DNA of 63,701 nt, filler included, from Welwitschia mirabilis (Eukaryota): the NCBI GenBank assembly GCA_051453625.1. It is 5 parts of one record of this genome, joined end to end, with 100 filler letters (N's around TTAATTAATTAA, not from the genome) between each part and the next. Parts side by side here need not be neighbours in the genome. Positions count along the whole stretch, not along the records: positions 1 to 19,408 come from JBOZIK010000001.1; positions 19,509 to 31,536 come from JBOZIK010000001.1; 3 more parts are not named here. One strand, given 5' to 3'. The notes below the pieces were generated by a model. The model was not told where the DNA came from. It worked only from the letters and a program-made list of their open reading frames with translations, and did no database searches. Shown here piece after piece: positions 12,796 to 25,539 of the stretch; within the stretch, counting starts at the first letter, position 1, and the number at the start of each line of letters is the position of its first letter. The translations under genes and the position numbers were made by a program.

Positions 12796-15700
12796 ATATT
12801 TCATATTTTACTAGATTTAGTTTAGGATATGAATAAGTCAGTTAAAATTATATTAGTAGTTAATTTAAGCTTGAATTTTCTATTGCATTTGAATTAAGAA
12901 GTCAGCGTTAGTTTTTGGATTTTTATATAATTAGTTTATAGTTATTAGTTTAGTCTCTTGATTTTTCTATAATTATTTTAGAGTTTTTAAGTTTAGTTTC
13001 CTAATTTTTATACAATTATTTTTAGATGTGTTAAGCTTACTTCCTTGTATAAATTTAAGATCATCTTCATAATAAAGTATAATTATTAGTCTCATCTTTA
13101 GTACTTTTCTTCTATTATATCCTATAAATAAATATAGTAGTATAGATATTTATTTTATCTTTTAGTTAAAAATTCACTAGATGTATTTATGTAAGGAATA
13201 CTTTTCATCCCATATTTTTAAAAACATTTAATAAGCATTAGTCTTGAAGAATATATGAACAACGTAACTCCTCAAAAGAATTTTTCACTTTTTCTTTTGG
13301 TTATATTTTAAAATTAGAAATAAATAAATTAGATGATAAAGAAAATTTTAAAATAATTAATATTATTTAACAATGAGAATTTGTTGAATTATGAGTTAAA
13401 GCACTAAAGTTGAAATGATAATTCCTTCTTTTTATTTTTGTAGATTATGTAAAAGCTTAAATGTAGAGGTAAGAGTTATACCTAGAAGTACTAAAATAAA
13501 TTTTTTTAGCTTTTTTTTTAACAAGAAGTCTAAATAAAATATCTCAAATTAGTTAATTAGAAAAACAATATGGAGGTACAAGAAGATTTAAAACTAGCAT
13601 AATTCAATTAATATTGAAATGATGTAAGCAAATCTTTACTTAATTTAAAGAAATAAAAATATGAGCTTGAAGACCTCTGATAGTTCTGATATTGTGAAGT
13701 TAATAATAAGGTATGTATATTTCTCTTACAGTCCAAGTATGCCTAGCTCTAAGATATGAAATAACCTAGATTCTAAAATAAAACTAATTGAACATAAAGA
13801 AATTATAATACAAGATGAAAATGAAACGTGGAAATGTCGATCATGTAAAATTTGAATTGCAAGAGAGATATAACGATACTCTATGTAGCAAACATAACTA
13901 AAGAAATTCTCAAATGCTAAGAAATTAGAGGACATGTTAGTAAGAAGAAAGTAGGAAAATAGATGAAAAATTAAGAATGTCCTATAGAGATAATTATCAT
14001 ATTTTAATAAAAAGATTGACAAATTACTAAATAATGACAATGTACTCTAATTAAAGTATTAATCAAAGATTGAAAGTGTAATGCAATTTGTAATTCTATT
14101 TATGGCATTACATGTTTTTGTTGTGCTTGTTGTAAAATGGTTTTAACATTCTACAAAATTGTAAAGGAAAAAAATTATTCTTAAGTAATTATATTCATAG
14201 CAGCCTTACTACAAATAAATTCAATAATAGTGATCAAATATTAAGCACTTGTAACTATACTATATTTAGTGTATTTTCTTTAAGTAAAAGTGGTCATTAC
14301 TTTGATGGAGATTTAGAATAATGTTTACTATGAATTTCCACAAACATAATATTTATCAATCGAATAAGGTAATGTTTAAAAAAATAAGTAAAAGTATTCT
14401 AAAGATGTAATATGTAAGTCACTCACCAACAAGCCAAACCAACCTTTGATTTAAATACTACCTTACAAAGTATCATGATAAAATAAGGCCTTAGAATGAA
14501 GTAAATGAAAAAATTAAATTAGAGAATAAAATTTTAATTTTTATTCAAGAGAATGAAAATTGTAATGTATTTTTATTAGGTAAGATATTCCATCCTAATT
14601 AGTTAAATGATGACTTTGTTGTAGTATGGTTGTAGGCCTTATACATTAAGGTACCCCTACCACTAACTACAACACATTTCAAATGTACACAATTCCATGC
14701 TTTATTTTAATGATGAAATCAAGAATGGGGGTTAATTTGATATGGTAACCTAATGGAAGAGGGAAAATTAGTGCTATTTTATCTCTTAAAAAGAAAAAAA
14801 ATCTTCTTTTTAACCCATCCTATATGCATGTAGCATAAGGCGAGAATAACGATTCCTAACTTATGTTCTTGATGTATAAATCAATTAACAGATTATGATA
14901 TATTAATTAATTAATTATGCATTACTCTACGATGGAGATTTTACAATCTACCTACTTTAACAATTAATTATCTAGACTAAAAAGTTTCCATTACATTTCA
15001 CATGTTCAACTCATAAGTGATCCCTTTTTCAACTTTTAACTCTGTTTATACCAAGCACAAATGAAGTTATATTCTTGTACAAAATGAATCTAAATTGCCC
15101 TTGTCTCTAGCAACATATTTATTTGAGATTTCCATGCATTAAAGGAGTGATCAGTCCATTGACACAATTTAATACATATTCTTAAATTAATGAAAACACA
15201 TACTTAGTCTCAATGATGTTAATGTATGTCATGATAAAAACTTTCATGTATGTGAAAATTGATTTTTAGTTATAACTAGCTATTATATACTTTAAGATAA
15301 ATTTCAATGGTTTAACTACAATGATTATATGTTATTATTAAATGATGGTAGCATTACATCTAATGATATTTCAATCAATGTAATGTTATTTATATTATTC
15401 TTATAAAAAGAATTAATTATGTTAAGGATTCTTTTGATTTAATCAAGTGTTAAAAATATATTAAGAGCATCTTAAAGATATTGCTTCATTAACCATTAGA
15501 TTGTCACTATTTACTGCTATCACTTCACTCTATGTGAGTGTTGGTTTCTATGCAAAATCATACATTAGACCAAAGCCTTTTTTAATATAATTTGATACTA
15601 CTAGTATTAGATATTCAACTAGCTTATTTGGATGATATGAAATCTTTTCCATCTTTTTCCCTTAGTGGAATCCCACTCTATTGGTACTTTTGAAATGTTC

Positions 15701-17599
15701 GAAAATTTGATGTTCTGATACATGTTTCAAGTAGTATTTTAGTAGTTTCTCGAAAGCTCCCTTAACTATAAATTAAGGTTTGACCAATAAACCTTAGTTG
15801 AAACTATTGTAACTTGATTGTACAATGGTATTGTTAAAATACATATGTTTGAATTTTGTATTTACTAGATTAGATCAAATACTAAATTGGGAAGTTTACT
15901 ATTACCATAGGGATTAGGAGTAGAAGATGATAATGAGAAAAAACTTACATAACTAATAAATTGATACTAATAAACAAGATTTGCCAATAATATCACCATG
16001 ACTTCTTGGATCTATTGATATTATTTGTGAGTTTTTCTACAATATTCAAACACATAACTTATAGTAAATATAATGAACAACTAAACATACCTAGCGAATA
16101 GTAATAAATTTAATATAAACTTAATATAGATAATACAACATAATCATAGAAGAGGTTATTATATTAGTTTATTTGAGTAAATGTTCCTTTTCATTGATCT
16201 TACATTATTCCATCATAATAAGTTGACTAGTCACACTTATATATGTTATGGAATGAATCCATTTGAATAGGCACAACAACCATTTGAGCTATCCACATAA
16301 CTATTATTAACAATGTAGTTAAGCAAATAATTTATATAAATAAAGTTATCAATTATCGTTAATTAAATGTTGAGAATGAATTCATACAATTATGTATAGG
16401 TGTGGTAGCATTTAAGACTTATTATAGTTCTTAAATTTTAATTAATGATTATTTATATAACCATTGCTAATTTTAGAATAATGGAGTCTTTACTATCATG
16501 TTATGAATACTTAGAATTCTAGTTTCTCATGCTTTTGTACCATATACAACATTATTAGTATTAATAGGTATATGTAGAAATAGTATTTCTCTAGTTTACT
16601 AGCACAACATTTTCTATAATTTTATTAGTACAATTGTAACATAAGCAAGTTACCCTATCCACCCCATTTCCTCAACACAATGGGGGATGTATGTACATCC
16701 AAATGTATCATAAATATGACTAGTACAAAACATACAAGGTAGTAAAGACAATGGTACTAGATCAAAACAACTCCTCTATAATCCTTTTAACTAATACTAT
16801 TACATATATAAGTAATTGGATAAATAAATTATTAAAAAAGGATAACAATAAAAATTAACATAGGAATTTCCCTTTCTTCATAGAACACATCACACAAACA
16901 TAGAAAACTTAAATGATACATGCTCTTTTTGATAATTTGTTAACATTCTTACAATTACAAATACTTCTTTATAAAAGTTTGACTCAGTATTGTAACACAT
17001 ATTTTAACATAGAGTAATGATTACTTTCTACTTATCAAAAAAAAAGATGAAACCATCATATAAAATTTTTTCATGTTTTCAAGTCTCTAATGAATAATAA
17101 TTGAATAAAGATATTAATTAATCAAATAGCTAAAAATAAATTACTTTATATTAAAAATTGCCAAGGATGTAAAAGTCAAAAAGTTTGGTGAATTTACTTT
17201 TTAGGGAGTGTATCCACAATGATTGTTTAATTGAGGGGCTTATAAAAGTATCTTAAGTAAGGAATCTAAAGTTTTAAATCATTAGTATCATTTATAAAGA
17301 ATAATTATTCCACAAATAGACTACCACCACATTGGCTATTAAAAATTATGAAATAAAGGATAGGTTACTTAGTAAAAACAAGAAAAAAAATTGCACTAGG
17401 TTTCTACCATAGCTAGTATCAGTAAGTATGATATAAATAGTATTAAAAGTTTCTACCAATCTTAAACACATTATTATATTTCTAATGACATTGATTTAAT
17501 TAAGGTTTTTTTAAAATCATGTTTAGAGTAGTTAGATTTATTAGGCACTAATAAGGCCTATTCAACTTAACTTTCTTTAGGTTCTACAAGAGGTACTTG

Positions 17600-19045
17600 T
17601 ATCTTACTAGATTTTACAAGAATCAATACTCCTCATCCTATTTTTGTAGGTTCTTAAATATTACAATCAAGTTTGAGCACAACCACTTCATAACCAATTC
17701 ATTTTTAAGCATAGTGAGCTCTTACTTTTTTTCTATAGTGAAAACTTATTTTAAAATTAGTTTCCTCAAGAGATTTCATATGTAGAGAAAATAAATTTCT
17801 TTAGTTTCATTAGAATACAATTTTTATAATGCCTTTGTAACCCAAAATGATAGTGTTTTAATAAAAGTTCCTCATAAGTTTCAATATCATGCTTCTCCCA
17901 CTATCTCATGTACAATTGGTGAACATGTCATAGATATAGCAGTTCTTTATCTTGGAGCTAATATAAATCATATACTTTATTTCCTTTATAAATAATTAGA
18001 TCCTATAAATCTTAATTTTTTTTTTCTTAGTGATATAGGTATCTAACAGATCTATTCAAGGTAATTGATAGATCTATTAAAGTGTTTAAGAAAATTTTTA
18101 AAGATGTTTTAGTATGATAAGAATTATTTTCCTATGAGTTTATGGTATTAGAAATGGAGAAAAAATATGGAGGATTTTCCTTTATCTTAGGATGATCTTT
18201 CTCAGCCATCACTTGTGTTGTAATTAATTGTAGTGATAGGGTCAATAAGTTTACCTTTAGAAACTTATCTATAAAAATGAATTTTTTTCACTCTATCAAC
18301 AAGAATAATGAACATGAATATGAGGATGGAAATTAAGTAGAAGCATTAGCCTTAAATGATGTTAGTTCTCTCATAACTAATGAAATTCTTTGATGACAGG
18401 AAAATAATAAGAAACAAAGGCGTTTATTAAGTACTTTAAAGATACAACTAAATACCCTAGATTTTTTCCCCCCTAGAAACTAAAATATCAACATCTGCCT
18501 AAGACACTTATTAAACTCTTGAATAGTAAAGAAACACCATCACAACTTTAATCAAATCACTATCCAACAATTTGAAGTATGTATAAAATAAAACATGTCT
18601 TGTTGTTATTCATAGGTTTTAGAACAAAATGATAAACATCAACTTATTCAACTCTTGAAAATGTATAAAATTTCTAAAGAATTATCACTTGTTAATATTA
18701 AAAGAATAGATCTTGCATTATGTACATGTCACATAAATTTAAAAGGAAATGATAAATGTATAGTTAGAGAAGACTTAACCAAATATGAAAAGAGGGTAGG
18801 AGGAATAAAAATACTTAAAATTTTAAATAATAGGATTATCTATCCTATACACAAAGTAAAAGGGTAATTCTTAGAAATTATGTGCCTAAGAAATTTGGAA
18901 TCATACAAAGCTTAAGAATGTTAAAATTATAATAATAAAAATATCCACTAATCTAAGAATGTGTACAAACTTAGAAAACATAATGTTATTACCAAGAAAA
19001 ATCATTTTCCATTATCCTTCATCAACTTAGTTTTAGAAAAGGACT
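17600..19045 (+). pseudogene. Decayed Athila-type Ty3/gypsy gag-end/protease/RT start
   Basis: SPTISCTIGEHVI..LGA.IN protease at ~17870-17980, an ILG.PFL...CAVINC-like motif at ~18180, IIYPI..VPKK at ~18835-18895, TKKNHFPLSFI..VLE at ~18990-19040. Confidence 0.85.
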
Positions 19046-19325
19046 TGCTTCTTAGCTACTTACTTTAGATATCACTCCCATTATATGACACCCTCTTTTG
19101 ACATAACATGTTTCTAAAATGGTGGTTGCAATGGTTGCACAGATGTGGTAAAACAACATGTTGCAATGGGTAAATATACCTATTGCTTAAGGATGAAACT
19201 ATATCTTGCATAGGTAATCTAAGACTAAATTAAATATTTACTTCATATCCCCACCAAACCCTTTATTTAGCACATGTACGGATTGCATGTGTGGCTATCC
19301 TATTGTAAATAGTAGAGGGTAGTAT

Positions 19326-19408
19326 TGTTGTGACGCCAACTTAAGTGTATTTGATAGTGTATTTTGAGTTGTTTTGCAGATAAACTAACAGATAAATGCT
19401 CAGTTTCT
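19326..19408 (+). mobile_element. 5' start of an Athila-family LTR (cut by scaffold spacer)
   Basis: tgttgtgacgccaacttaagtgtatttgatagtgtattttgagttg matches the reverse complement of 31385-31441. Confidence 0.7.
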
Positions 19409-19508
19409 NNNNNNNNNNNNNNNNNNNNNNNNNNNNNNNNNNNNNNNNNNNNTTAATTAATTAANNNNNNNNNNNNNNNNNNNNNNNNNNNNNNNNNNNN
19501 NNNNNNNN
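19409..19508. other. Artificial scaffold spacer N44-TTAATTAATTAA-N44 (also 31537-31636, 58630-58729, 61714-61813)
   Basis: The identical 100-nt structure occurs four times. Confidence 0.97.
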
Positions 19509-21670
19509 ATAGAATTGATTCTTTCTCAATGTCTCCAATACAATTCATAGATGCTTCTCATGTTCTTCATTAGTTGTTGAATATATTAGCACATCATCAA
19601 TAAATGCTACTAAAAATTCATCAAGGTAAGCTCAAAAAATATTGTTCATGATAGCCATAAATGTAGTAGATGCATTGGTGAGTCTAAATAATACTACTTG
19701 GAATTCATAATAGCCATACCTAGTACGAAATGCCATTTTGCAAATGTCTTCTTCTTTTATTCTAAGTTGGTGGTACCCTGACCTAGGATTAATCTTCAAG
19801 AAAAACTTTGCAAATTTTAGTTTATCAAAAAGTTCTTCTATCCTAGGCAAAGGATAACTATTCTGAACTATCACCTTGTTCAACATCCTATAGTCCACAC
19901 ATAACCTTAACCCATCATCCTTCTTCTTACCAAATAAAACTGACACATCCCAAGAAAAAATACTTGGTTTAATTAACTCCTTATCTAGAAATGTTATTAA
20001 TTGTGTCTTTAATTCTCCTAGTTTAACAAGACGCATTCTATAAGATGCTCTTGAAATTGGTGCTAATGCTTCTTTTAGGGTTATTTCAAAATCCTCTATC
20101 TTTTTGGGTGGATAACTTAGTAGGTCCTTTGGAAAAACATCTAAGTACTCCTGCACAACTGGAATATCTAACAAGTTTGGCTCATGCTGCAAAGAATGAT
20201 CAAATTTAATGATATCAAAAACTTACCCGTGGTTGACTTTTCTTTTTATTTTCCTACTTATAGTTAGTTTTTTAGAAATAAGATCTGAAAATATTGGTAA
20301 ATTTATTCTCCTTTCTCTAGAATCTATCACTAATACTCTTCTATGGTAGCAATCTATCTATGCCTTATTATCTTGTAACCAATTCATTCCTAAAATAATA
20401 CCAAAGTAACCCAACTTTAAAACTAGCAATTGAATTTTGAAATTTAAATAATCAATTTGTAACATACACAAAGGAGTTTCACTAATTATTTTTAATTGTC
20501 TTCCATCTGTAAATTCTATGATTAATTGCTTAGTCTTCAAAAGTTCTAAAAATATCTTACTAGCTATGTCATAGAAAATGAAGGAATCAGATGCATCGGG
20601 ATTTGATAAGAGTTTCACAGGAAATTTTAATAATGTACCTGAATTTTATAAAATTACTTCTGGTTAAGTGCCTTTCTTGGAAACTAAAGCACATAGCTTT
20701 CTAACATCTAAAGGAGTAGATTCTCCCTTCTTCCTTTTGGGGCAATGCTAAGATAGTGGGGTCCTTGGCAAAAAAAATACTTTACATTTTTGACATTGGT
20801 AAACTAGTTGTTTCTTACTAGTCTAATAACTCTGCCTCTTCCTCTAGTTGGTTGCATCTGTGCTCTTTCCTATGATTGAAATGTTATCCTATTATTGACT
20901 ATGGCCATATTTACCTTAGCTCTTTCCTTAATTAAACCTATATTTTGATTAAATGGCTTTCTCTGTGGTTGAATCCTTCTATCCTCATGAGGCATCTGTC
21001 TTTTATCTCCATTGTTTTTGTTGGTGGACCATGATTCTTCACTGATTCTTACTTTCTCTAAGGTCTCTGCAATGGTTTTAGGTTGGAATAATTTAAACTG
21101 GTTTTGAATTATAGGATTAAATCCAACCATAAATCTATGAACCTTTACTTCTTCACTTCCTGCTAACTTGAGAATATACCATAAGAGCTCCATGAATTTG
21201 TGTTCATATTGAGCTATAGTGATGAAATCCTATCTAAGACCATAGAATTCATTGACCTTTGAATTTAAGAAGCACACTGAAATATACTTGCCTTTAAATC
21301 TTTCTTCAAACTTCTCCCAAGAAATGAATGAAGGAAGAGGTATTTGAAGTTTTTCTTCTTTCATCATAATGCTACTCTCTTCACAAGCTGATGGGTTGCT
21401 AGTAATTCCTTTTGTTCAGAGGTAAAATCAAATAAATCTAGCTCTCTTTGCATAGAGATTAACCAAGACTCTGCATTAGCTGCATTATCAACACCCATAA
21501 AAGTTGGAGCGTTTATTCTTTTGAATTGCATCATCAATATCTTAAGAGATTCTCCACTTTTCCTATCATTATTAAGTTCATGAAGCTCGCCTAATAGATT
21601 ATTAACTACATTAACTAAGGTGTTATCTCTAGTTGTTTAGTTCATAGTCCTTCTAGGAGCCATATTAATT
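19509..21670 (-). pseudogene. Tekay/Del (chromovirus) Ty3/gypsy gag-protease-RT pseudogene
   Basis: ORF 19632-20192 is RT ([47 protein letters not shown]), followed by FIDDVLIYS at ~19580-19610. Protease 20358-20618 (IILGMNWL), gag 20870-21560, decayed zinc knuckle ~20740-20800. Confidence 0.95.
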
Positions 21671-21926
21671 CCCTGAAAATTTATTTAGGAATATTATCAT
21701 TGCAATTTTTATGGTAATCAATTAAATTGCAAAAGAGCTATGTTGAAAAGATTCACAAGTAATAAGTTTATACAAAGAGTTATTGAAATTATTTCTAGTG
21801 CTTTTACCATATTAGACTCTAATGTTGAAATGGGTTCACTTTAATTATGCCCAACAGATCACAACCTAGAGCCCTGATTCTAAAATGTCAAACCTAAATT
21901 TTCATAATTGCAAAACTTCAAAACTA

Positions 21927-21938
21927 GCTCTGATACCA
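21927..21938 (-). promoter_or_regulatory. Primer-binding site (tRNA-iMet) of the Tekay element
   Basis: gctctgatacca is the exact reverse complement of TGGTATCAGAGC. Confidence 0.92.
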
Positions 21939-21941
21939 AAA

Positions 21942-24300
21942 TCTAAAACCCCAAATTACTAATGTTGAAAACTTTCAACTTACTCTGATGCCTTGATACC
22001 CTAAATATAATGCCCACTTTTCTTATCGTATTCTTATAAATGTTACTTATTTAGAAGGGATTAAATCCTCATTATTCCCCTCTATCAAAAGCATTAATTA
22101 AAAACTACATATACTATTGATAGAGAATTTAATCTCTTTAAAATTTATCTCAAGAATTTATAACTTCATTTAATAATGTCTCTCTTTAAGGTGGTCCTGT
22201 CCTCCATGATGTCTTAATTGTTTCATATTTACCATTATAGAGAAGGTAATGGTTGATAGCCTAAGTCTTACTATGGACACTAACCATTCATTTGCAATAA
22301 ATTTCCCCCTCCTCTCATAAACTTACTTTATTAAATTAAATTAAAAAGGCTTATCTTCTAAACAAATTTTATAACATTAAATTAATTAAAGAGGACTTCT
22401 AACTTTATAACATTAAATTTATTTAATAAGGATTGAAGTAGCTCCATTTACATCGAGTTTAAATCTTTAGGGAAGGAGGAAAAATCACATGTCCACTAAA
22501 AGGAATTTATTAGAAATAAATAAACATAACATCTAAGAAATATTATTCTAAAAAACTCCATTTGACAAGGTATTTTCAAGAAAATTTTTCATATTCCAAG
22601 CGTAACATGAAAATTATATGTCAAATCATAATTACCAAAATGATTCTTAAAATTCACAATTTTCAATTGGTATTTCAAACAACAGAGAAATTTCATGATT
22701 AAAGATTCAAGATTCTAATATAATTCCATCAAATAATAATAGAAAATATAATCTCATATCAACATATTTTATTGCAAAATTTTTAGGAAAAATATTCAAC
22801 ATTTAATACAATATAAACATTTAAGTAATCTTCAAAATTTTGCAAATCACATAAATAAGTAAATGAAGTTTATCTTACATCATAATAGAAAAATATGCTA
22901 AATATTCATGAAACTTAGGAATTTAACTCCAAGTAATTGAGACAAATAAGGATTACAAATTTTTCAGTGATATTTTCCATCAATATAGATCCAACGATCC
23001 TTCATAAACTCATGCCTATATCAGTAATTAAACTCTAGATTTATCACCTGTCATAAAAAGTATGGGATGAGAATTATGAAAATCTCACAGCCCTCATTAT
23101 GGCCTAGGAAAGAATAGGTAGCTTGGTAAGATTCTNNNNNNNNNNNNNNNNNNNNNNNNNNNNNNNNNNNNNNNNNNNNNNNNNNNNNNNNNNNNNNNNN
23201 NNNNNNNNNNNNNNNNNNNNNNNNNNNNNNNNNNNTTCAGCATTTACATCAATTACATAAGTAAATAAAAGGTATTATTTCCACCATAGGAGAATATAAA
23301 AATTAAGTATAAACATTTAATCAAAAATTATTCATATTATAACTCAATAAGAATGCATTTCAAGAACATAGCAATTATAACAATTAGGGTTTTAAGTAAT
23401 TCAATATTTTTAAAATATTTCATTAAACATAAACTTGCAAATTTTATAAGAAAAGTAAAAATGTGGAAGTGACATGATATAACCTCATATCAACCTATGA
23501 CATATTTTAATCTGCTAAATTCTTGTAATTATTGTTACTATGAGCATCATATTTGTAATTCTTATCCACTTTTAAAGATAAAACTATTACATGTTATAAT
23601 TATTTATTGATGACAACCTAAGTTTCCAATAAAATAAAGATAATTCCTTGTATGAATTTTATAAGCCTTAAATAAAGTTTGGATGTGTAAATAAATAAAG
23701 GACAAATCAATTAAATATAAGACTTGATAAGGCATGTTACTAGATAAGATAAGGCTATCAACTGTATGATGAAAAAAAGGAAGTAAAATCATTGTTAAGC
23801 ATACATCTAGGTTTCATTTCAAGGTTAACTACGTGTTATAGAGAAAATGCACATCATCTTTGAGCAATTTACTAGTTGCATTAGGGGTTTTCTTCCTATT
23901 GCAAAATTCTTGGACTTCATCTTTAAGTAGTCAATCAACATCTCTGAGGCCTCGACCACCTAAAGACTTTTTAGTAACCCAACATCAGTAAGGGATTAAC
24001 TACCTTAAAATAAGCATTCATTTTGTAAGGGATTAATGGGGTCCTATGAAGAGGTTGACTATGATGCAGTCAGCTATCACTATAGATAGCCATTTGAAAG
24101 TTAAACTTGATCATTTTATCTATAATTTAAAGGATAAGTAATTGTTTTATCTTACTCCAATAACTAAATTGCTTAGAAACTTAATCTACAATAGCTAGAA
24201 TTCATTCTTTATATTATTTAAACACTATTATACTTATTAAGAACTTTTGGATCTCTCATTGTTAGACTAAATGGTGAAGTAGCACACTGTTCTACTTCCT
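21942..24300 (-). mobile_element. 5' LTR region of the Tekay element (distal boundary unknown; may include an insertion)
   Basis: Adjacent to the PBS; the first ~58 nt match the reverse complement of the LTR copy B end (11698-11755). Confidence 0.55.
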
Positions 24301-24416
24301 TTCTTTCTCTCCTTCTCTCTCTCTTCTCCTCCCCCCCCTCCCTTCCTCATTTCCTCCCTCCCTTCCTCTGTCTCTGTCTCTCTCTTTCTCTCTCTCCACA
24401 CACACACACACACACA
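24293..24416. repeat. Polypyrimidine/(CT)n + (CA)n microsatellite next to gap
   Basis: Directly visible. Confidence 0.95.
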
Positions 24417-25539
24417 NNNNNNNNNNNNNNNNNNNNNNNNNNNNNNNNNNNNNNNNNNNNNNNNNNNNNNNNNNNNNNNNNNNNNNNNNNNNNNNNNNNN
24501 NNNNNNNNNNNNNNNNNNNNNNNNNNNNNNNNNNNNNNNNNNNNNNNNNNNNNNNNNNNNNNNNNNNNNNNNNNNNNNNNNNNNNNNNNNNNNNNNNNNN
24601 NNNNNNNNNNNNNNNNNNNNNNNNNNNNNNNNNNNNNNNNNNNNNNNNNNNNNNNNNNNNNNNNNNNNNNNNNNNNNNNNNNNNNNNNNNNNNNNNNNNN
24701 NNNNNNNNNNNNNNNNNNNNNNNNNNNNNNNNNNNNNNNNNNNNNNNNNNNNNNNNNNNNNNNNNNNNNNNNNNNNNNNNNNNNNNNNNNNNNNNNNNNN
24801 NNNNNNNNNNNNNNNNNNNNNNNNNNNNNNNNNNNNNNNNNNNNNNNNNNNNNNNNNNNNNNNNNNNNNNNNNNNNNNNNNNNNNNNNNNNNNNNNNNNN
24901 NNNNNNNNNNNNNNNNNNNNNNNNNNNNNNNNNNNNNNNNNNNNNNNNNNNNNNNNNNNNNNNNNNNNNNNNNNNNNNNNNNNNNNNNNNNNNNNNNNNN
25001 NNNNNNNNNNNNNNNNNNNNNNNNNNNNNNNNNNNNNNNNNNNNNNNNNNNNNNNNNNNNNNNNNNNNNNNNNNNNNNNNNNNNNNNNNNNNNNNNNNNN
25101 NNNNNNNNNNNNNNNNNNNNNNNNNNNNNNNNNNNNNNNNNNNNNNNNNNNNNNNNNNNNNNNNNNNNNNNNNNNNNNNNNNNNNNNNNNNNNNNNNNNN
25201 NNNNNNNNNNNNNNNNNNNNNNNNNNNNNNNNNNNNNNNNNNNNTACATATACAAATACATATACACTCAATATTAATTGCTAAAGAAACTTAATTACTA
25301 ACTGGGTGGATTACTAGAAAACCCCTTATAAATAATGGAGGATTACTGCAAAGTATAAGAGAAGTAATTGGTGGAAAGCAGTATAAAATAAAGGAAAATA
25401 AGGTTTTTTTTTAATTTTCTTATATGCAAAGTTGCATTTAAATTTCATTATCACAATTCATATTTAATTAGTAAAAATATGTACATTTATTATTAGCTAA
25501 GTGTGCAAAGTTTACTTAGACATTTAAAAACAATGATTA

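Larger units (their letters stand above)
9709..15480 (+). repeat. Segmental direct repeat unit B (pairs with 1206-7476)
   Basis: Colinear with unit A, with many substitutions and small indels. Confidence 0.95.

Noticed and set aside
13726..14040. 104-aa minus-strand ORF
   Set aside because: Low-complexity F/L/I/S composition antisense to A-rich DNA; no recognisable motif.
15710..15726. gttctgatacatgttt, resembling a minus-strand PBS-Met
   Set aside because: It needs an indel plus a mismatch, and I found no adjacent gag or LTR partner.
19453..19464. Recurrent palindrome TTAATTAATTAA (also 31581, 58674, 61758)
   Set aside because: Always centred in exactly 44+44 Ns, so it is an artificial linker, not biology.
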